From Byssovorax sp. (GTDB lineage Bacteria > Myxococcota_A > Polyangia > Polyangiales > Polyangiaceae): 64,000 nucleotides of DNA. The stretch covers positions 1,556-65,555 of the forward strand of contig JBDTXR010000002.1 in assembly GCA_040006075.1 (NCBI GenBank), read 5' to 3'. Made by a program: the position numbers and the translations under genes. Below, piece by piece: positions 59,029-64,000 of the stretch. Position 1 is the first letter of the stretch; each line of letters starts with the position of its first letter. The notes beneath the pieces were generated by a model that was given only the letters and a program-made list of their open reading frames with translations, was not told the origin of the DNA and did not search any database.

Positions 59029-62000
59029 TCAGGTTTCGATGAGGTGCTTGCGGCGCAGGTAGCGGATCACCGCGGGCCACCAGTGCACGGTGATGCGGTA
59101 GCGTTCGCCTTGCTCGCGCACGACCCCGCGCTCGCGCAGCCTCGCGATGGTGTCGTCGCAGCGCGCACGTGGGAAGCGCAGCGCTCCGACCATCTCCTCC
59201 GCGGTCACGTTCTCGTGCCAGATGACGCCGGCGAGGATGAACTTCTGGACGTCGTCGAGCTTCTCGAGGAAGCCCGCCTCGGGGCGACGGAAGAGGCGGA
59301 CGCGGAGTCGTCTCCCTTCCTCCGGGACGAGGGAGCTGGCCCAGCAGTGGAGGGCGACGCGGGGCGAGCCTTCGGCGTAGTCCCAGATCAAACGCATGTA
59401 GTCCTGACTGGTGCTCAAGAGCTGCGTCGCGTCGACGCCCTCGATGCGATCGACGATGAGATCTTCGTAGATCGGCTCCCACCCGGTCTGCTGCGTGCGC
59501 GAGACGAGGAGCGCGGCGATCTCGCGCTCGGTCCACGCCGGCAGATGGACGACGTCGCGAAACACGTCCTCGCCTCGGCGCGCCCACGTGAGGTACTCGA
59601 AGGGGTGGTGAGCGATCGCCGCGAGCCAGAAGACGCGATCCCCGGTGGCGGTCACGAGCTCGGTGAACGCCTTCCAGGTCTCGAGCGTCCCGACGCCGCG
59701 CTGGAAGAAGTTCTGGATGTCATCGAGCAGGAGGAGGCGGCGTGGGCCGGCGCGAAGAGCCTCGGCGAGGCCGGCGAGATCTGCCGCGCCGTCGCACCCG
59801 AGAGGCCCGGCGAGGGTCGCGGCGAGGGTGGCCGCGGTGGGGCGTGAGTCGAGGTTGATCCGCGTGATCGGGATCTCGCCGGCGTGGGTCGCGGCGGCGT
59901 TGAGCCACGAGGTCTTGCCGTAGCCCGTCCTGCCGACCACGAGGAGCGCGCCGAGCCCGCCGCGCTCGATCCAGGTGGCGAGCGCCGCTTCGAAGCGATC
60001 CATCCCTGGGAATCGATCGAGCGCGTAGGACTCCCCGACGACGGGGGCGTCGGCGAGCAGATCGCGCACCTCGGCGGGGAGCACGGCCGCGACGTGGGGC
60101 GCGGCCTGATCGTCGGCGCGGCGCTCGAGGCGCCACCGGAACAGGTACGCGAGCGCCTTGCGCGACTGCTCGAAGCTCAGCACGAAGCGCCGCGCGCTCC
60201 CGGCGACGAAGCTCGCGAGCACCACGAGGAACGCGGCCACGGCGACGAAGAACCCGTACCAGCGCTCGCGCGTTCGGCGCACGGCGTCCGCGAGCAGCCC
60301 GGTGTCGCGGGTGCGGAGGTAGCGCGCCGAGATGTCGTCGCGCCACCCGCGGATCAGGACCGCCGCGATCGGGATCGCGCCGAGCCACGCGAAGCGCGAC
60401 GCCAGATGGTAGAGGTAGCCGCGACCCAGCACGGCGCGCGAGAGGACGAGGAAGACGGTGACGGCCAGCGCGTAGCGGCCCACCACGCGGACCGATCGGA
60501 GGATCTTCTCGCTGCTCGCCTCGTCGAGCTTGGCGACGCCCGCGGAGGCCGCGCGCGCGATCCCGCGGTGCGCGGCGGCGATCGCCAGCCGGTAGACCGC
60601 GTAGGCGACGAGCACGCCGTGGAGGGTGGCGAGCACCGGTGAGCTCGAGAGCGATCCAACGAGCGTGGGCAACGCGAGCACGACAGCGAGGAACAGCAGC
60701 TCGCCGAGGAGCGCCGCGACGATCGCCAGGATCGTCGAGAGCGGGGTGACGAGCACGCGGCGGCGGAGGATCCGGGTCAGCAGAGCGCGCGCCGCGGTGA
60801 TCGTGGCCGGGCCGCGTCGCCTGACGGTGCGCGCCAGCACGATCAGGGCGATGAGCGCGAGGACGCGGGTGAGCATCGTGCCGAGCACGAGTGGATCGGT
60901 GAGCGCTGCGCGCGCTCGCCCCAGCGTCCGCATCCGCGAGACCCAGGCCCAGCGCGTCACGAGGCGTACTTGATCGACCTCGCGCCCGAACTGCCGACGT
61001 CCCTCGTCGCCGACGCCGAGGACCTCGTCCCGCTTGTCGGCGCCGAGGCGCTCGATCAGGGCGAGACGCTCGGCGTTGATCGTGCTCACGCGCTCGACGG
61101 CCGCGTCGAGCCGATCCCACCCGAGGTTCCGTCGATCGGTGTCGAGCTCGTCGGCGTCGTGATCGAGCGACCTCGCGAGATCGGACCGCGCGTCGTGGCC
61201 TGCTGGAGGCGCGTCGGGGTCGGGCACGTAGCGCGGCGCGGGCGGCACCGAGGCGTAGGTGGCGAGCTCGCCCGCGAGATCGTGCCGCGCCACGCCGAGC
61301 GCGGCGACGATCTTTTCGTAGAGCGCGTCCGCCTCTGCGCTCCCCGTGCCCGCTGCTCGCGCGGCATCGGCGAGCTCGAACAGCGTGCGCGCGTGGTCGC
61401 GCTCCGCGCCGGTGAGCGCCTCGCGCGCGTCGGCGAGCTCGCGTCGCAAGGTCGCCTGCGCACCCCGGATGCCCTCGGCCCGCGCGCGCTCGTTCGCGAG
61501 CGCCCGCTGGCTCGCCTCGCGCGAGCTCTCCGCCTCGTCCAGGGCCTTCTTTCGCGCCTCCTCGGCCGCGCGCTCCTGCCCCGCCGCGCGCGTCCGCGCC
61601 TCTCCGGCGGCCTCCTTTTCTGCGGCGAGCCGCCGATGCCGCGCTTCGGCGTCGAGGACGGCGGCGCGCTGCTCCTTCGACTCGCGCAGGAACGTGAGGC
61701 GCGCCCCCGCGAGATCGAGCGCGAGCCCGGCGATCGCCCGATCGAGCTCCGCCTTCGTCTCGGCCAGGCCCGCGTCGTCGGCGTCGCCCGCGTCCGCGCG
61801 CGTGCGACGGAGATCATTCTTTCCCGCGGCGATCTCGCGCTCCAGCTCCCGGCGGCGCGCCTCGACGGCCGGCTCGTCGAGGAGCGCGACCCGGAAGAGC
61901 TCGGTCGTGTAGAGCTCTTCCGGGAGCGAGCCGGCGATCAAGGTGCGGACGGCGTCGAGCTCGCGGCGGAGCGTGCCGGCCCGGGCCCGAAGAGCCTCCA

Positions 62001-62244
62001 GATCCTCGCCGCCCGCGGCGTCGCGTCGGTCGATCTCGGCGTCGCTCGCGTCGAATGCGCCGGCGTCGGCTGACGGCTTGCCGCCGCCCCCTGCCGCCAT
62101 GGCGACGGACGACGAGCCGGCGCCCGCCCAGGCGAAGACCGCACCGATCGACAGCAGAAGCGCGACCGTCCGCTCCCGCGCCGAGCGCGCCCCGCCGGGC
62201 AGAGCAGGGCGCGAGCTTCGCGCGACGGGCCGACGAGAGGGCAT
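59029..62244 (-). CDS. large membrane protein: signal peptide + long coiled-coil region + about seven TM helices + C-terminal P-loop (AAA/ORC-like) ATPase and wHTH-like end
   Basis: N-terminal leader ...VALLLSIGAVFAWAGAGSSSVAMA. About 370 aa are Ala/Arg/Glu-rich (RELEREIAAGKNDLRR..., EARKKALDEAESSREASQRALANERARAEG). A hydrophobic block follows (LALIALIVLA..., ILAIVAALLGELLFLAVVLALPTLV, WYGFFVAVAAFLVVLASFVAG). Walker A is LLVVGRTGYGKTSWL and Walker B is RRLLLLDDIQNFF. Confidence 0.75.
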   Translation of the reverse strand: MPSRRPVARSSRPALPGGARSARERTVALLLSIGAVFAWAGAGSSSVAMAAGGGGKPSADAGAFDASDAEIDRRDAAGGEDLEALRARAGTLRRELDAVRTLIAGSLPEELYTTELFRVALLDEPAVEARRRELEREIAAGKNDLRRTRADAGDADDAGLAETKAELDRAIAGLALDLAGARLTFLRESKEQRAAVLDAEARHRRLAAEKEAAGEARTRAAGQERAAEEARKKALDEAESSREASQRALANERARAEGIRGAQATLRRELADAREALTGAERDHARTLFELADAARAAGTGSAEADALYEKIVAALGVARHDLAGELATYASVPPAPRYVPDPDAPPAGHDARSDLARSLDHDADELDTDRRNLGWDRLDAAVERVSTINAERLALIERLGADKRDEVLGVGDEGRRQFGREVDQVRLVTRWAWVSRMRTLGRARAALTDPLVLGTMLTRVLALIALIVLARTVRRRGPATITAARALLTRILRRRVLVTPLSTILAIVAALLGELLFLAVVLALPTLVGSLSSSPVLATLHGVLVAYAVYRLAIAAAHRGIARAASAGVAKLDEASSEKILRSVRVVGRYALAVTVFLVLSRAVLGRGYLYHLASRFAWLGAIPIAAVLIRGWRDDISARYLRTRDTGLLADAVRRTRERWYGFFVAVAAFLVVLASFVAGSARRFVLSFEQSRKALAYLFRWRLERRADDQAAPHVAAVLPAEVRDLLADAPVVGESYALDRFPGMDRFEAALATWIERGGLGALLVVGRTGYGKTSWLNAAATHAGEIPITRINLDSRPTAATLAATLAGPLGCDGAADLAGLAEALRAGPRRLLLLDDIQNFFQRGVGTLETWKAFTELVTATGDRVFWLAAIAHHPFEYLTWARRGEDVFRDVVHLPAWTEREIAALLVSRTQQTGWEPIYEDLIVDRIEGVDATQLLSTSQDYMRLIWDYAEGSPRVALHCWASSLVPEEGRRLRVRLFRRPEAGFLEKLDDVQKFILAGVIWHENVTAEEMVGALRFPRARCDDTIARLRERGVVREQGERYRITVHWWPAVIRYLRRKHLIET

Positions 62245-62479
62245 CGGGCGCGAGCTTAGTGATCCCGAAATGAGAGGGCCAACTCTCGCCGGGAGGGGTG
62301 GTGACGACCGTCACCCGTTCGCGAGGGCTTCGTGAGTCCCTCTCGAACCCGCGCAGGCGCGGTGGCTGACGGCGCCGATGACGGCAGGCGCCTCCGAGCG
62401 TGCCGAAATCTTCGCGTCCCTCCTTGCGGCGATCATTCGATATCGGAGCAGTCGCCGAGAGGGCCTGTTCGACGCGCGG

Positions 62480-64000
62480 CTACGCCTTGTGTACGTGGCC
62501 TTCACCCGGAGCCGAGTTAGGGCGCTTCACGCGCAGGTAGGCCTTGGCCACGGCCGCCTCGTCGATGAAGCCCACGAAGCGACCGTCGGGATCGATGACC
62601 GGGACCTGCCGCACTCCGTGCTCGACCATCGCCGCGAGCGCGGAGTGCACGTCGTCGTCGAGCCCCACGGACACCCCCGGGCGCATCAGGTCCGACGCGG
62701 TGAAGAGCAGCAGCAGCTGCGGATCCGAGGCCAGGATCTTCAGCTCGTCCGTGGTGATGATCCCGCAGAGCCGCCGCGCGCCGTCGATGACCGGGTAGAC
62801 GTCGAGGCCGGGGTTTCCGCCCGTGGCCTTCGAGACCGCGTCGCCGCCCTGCGCTGGCGAGAACGTGGAGAAAGGCCCCACCAGATCGACGATCTCGCTG
62901 ACGCGCAGGCCTTCGAGCGCATCCATGACCGAGCGATCGTTGAGGTGAATGCCGTCCTGCTCGAGCAGCGCCTCGTAGATCGGGAGCGGGCGAAAGCGAC
63001 GCGCCAGGATGTACGAGGTCATGTTGGCGATCATCAGCGGGAGGATCAGCGAGTAGCTGCCCGTCATCTCGATGATGATCAGCACCGAGGTCATCGGCGC
63101 GCGGATGATCCCGGCGAACACCGCGCCCATGCCGACCAGCGCGAACGCGCCCACCGGCTCGCCGAGGTGACCGAGCAGCACGTGATCGAGCGCGCCGAGC
63201 GCGCCGCCGAGCATCCCGCCGATGAACAGCGCGGGCGCGAAGATCCCGCCGGCGCCGCCGCTGGAGTACGAGAACACCGTCGCGACGACCTTCATCAAGC
63301 ACAGCACCAGCATCACGCGGACGCCGATGTTGCCCGTCAGCGCCTGCCCGAGCATCCCGTAGCCGCCGCCGGTGACGCCCTGCACCTGCATCGTCCCGAG
63401 CGCGACGACCGCGAGCAACCCCGTGGCGGCGCCGCCGATCGCCGGGCGTCCCCAGCCGGGAATGCGCGATCGCTTGAACCAGCCGCGCAGGTTGATCAGG
63501 CTGTCGGTGAAGGCCACCGACACCACCGCCGAAGCGAGGCCGATCAGCGCGTAGATCAGCAGCGACGACGCGTGGTGGAGCCCGTAGTCCTGCGGGACGC
63601 TGAACACCGGGTGCTCGCCGAGCACGCTGCGCTCGATCACGGCGGCGAGCGCGGCGGCGATGATCACGCCGGTGAGGAGCGACTGATCGAGGTTGCCGAT
63701 CACCTCCTCGATCGTGAACGTCACCGCGGCGATCGGCGCGTTGAACGCCGCGGCGATGCCGGCTGCGACGCCGACGGGGAGCAGCCGCCGCAGCCCCTTC
63801 GGCGACACCCCGACGAGGCGCCCCAGCAAGCTGGAGACGCCAGCGCAGATCTGCACCGTGGGCCCTTCGCGGCCGAGCGACGCGCCCGATCCGAGCTGGA
63901 TCGAGCTGATGAAGAACTTGCCGATCGAGTCGCGCGCCCGCACCCGGCCGCTCTTGACGGCGAACGCGACCTTGACCTGGGGGACGCCGCTCCCGCGCGC
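62480..64000 (-). CDS. ClC-family chloride channel/H+-Cl- exchanger with a C-terminal CBS pair (5' end beyond the window)
   Basis: ORF 62480..63943(-) continues in frame to the window edge. My own translation of 64000-63944 is ARGSGVPQVKVAFAVKSGR, which contains the GSGIP-type motif. Also GREGPTVQ, GGIFAPALFIGG, and CBS-like segments (VSEIVDLV...VYPVIDGARRLCGIITTDEL; DLMRPGV...QVPVIDPDGRFVGFIDE). Confidence 0.85.
   Translation of the reverse strand, partial: ARGSGVPQVKVAFAVKSGRVRARDSIGKFFISSIQLGSGASLGREGPTVQICAGVSSLLGRLVGVSPKGLRRLLPVGVAAGIAAAFNAPIAAVTFTIEEVIGNLDQSLLTGVIIAAALAAVIERSVLGEHPVFSVPQDYGLHHASSLLIYALIGLASAVVSVAFTDSLINLRGWFKRSRIPGWGRPAIGGAATGLLAVVALGTMQVQGVTGGGYGMLGQALTGNIGVRVMLVLCLMKVVATVFSYSSGGAGGIFAPALFIGGMLGGALGALDHVLLGHLGEPVGAFALVGMGAVFAGIIRAPMTSVLIIIEMTGSYSLILPLMIANMTSYILARRFRPLPIYEALLEQDGIHLNDRSVMDALEGLRVSEIVDLVGPFSTFSPAQGGDAVSKATGGNPGLDVYPVIDGARRLCGIITTDELKILASDPQLLLLFTASDLMRPGVSVGLDDDVHSALAAMVEHGVRQVPVIDPDGRFVGFIDEAAVAKAYLRVKRPNSAPGEGHVHKA

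Overview
High-GC (~70%) bacterial chromosomal segment. The gene content looks myxobacterial, which is an inference from at least 14 lipobox lipoproteins with Gly/Ser/Thr linkers, eukaryotic-like Ser/Thr kinases (one fused to an FGE domain), a giant Omp85, TamB and an Rhs protein. I call about 46 protein-coding genes (two cut by the window edges) plus one gene remnant. I found no rRNA, tRNA, CRISPR array or intact transposase or integrase. Housekeeping anchors are ettA, nhaA, a ClC channel, MscS, an Omp85/BamA-TamA-like protein and TamB. The best candidate for a new system is a translationally coupled operon at the left edge (1-4850, minus strand). It encodes a Schlafen/AlbA_2+HATPase_c_4 protein, a STAND NTPase (degenerate nucleotide-cyclase-like domain, NACHT, HEAT repeats) and a third gene truncated by the window. 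The HEAT-repeat end of the STAND gene sits in a marked GC trough, which fits an NLR-like immunity module. Other notable items: a PAAR-like-Rhs toxin with an unclassified His-rich C-terminal tip and an overlapping putative immunity gene; a 14-bp AT-rich palindrome (GTTTGA-NN-TCAAAC) present three times around a small wHTH/membrane-protein cluster; a split MscK-like coiled-coil/TM protein carrying an AAA ATPase next to a stand-alone MscS; and a membrane CheA-type kinase coupled to a di-haem peroxidase and a cytochrome c-prime-like protein. Also notable are three CCP/MauG paralogues that differ at the presumed distal haem ligand, a pseudo-caspase lipoprotein, a pseudo-sigma-54-AAA+ protein with zinc ribbons, an NYN-LOTUS-TrkA_C protein just upstream of the Omp85 gene, and an array of four intergenic hairpins. 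All family assignments come from motif reading of the supplied translations, and no database search was run.
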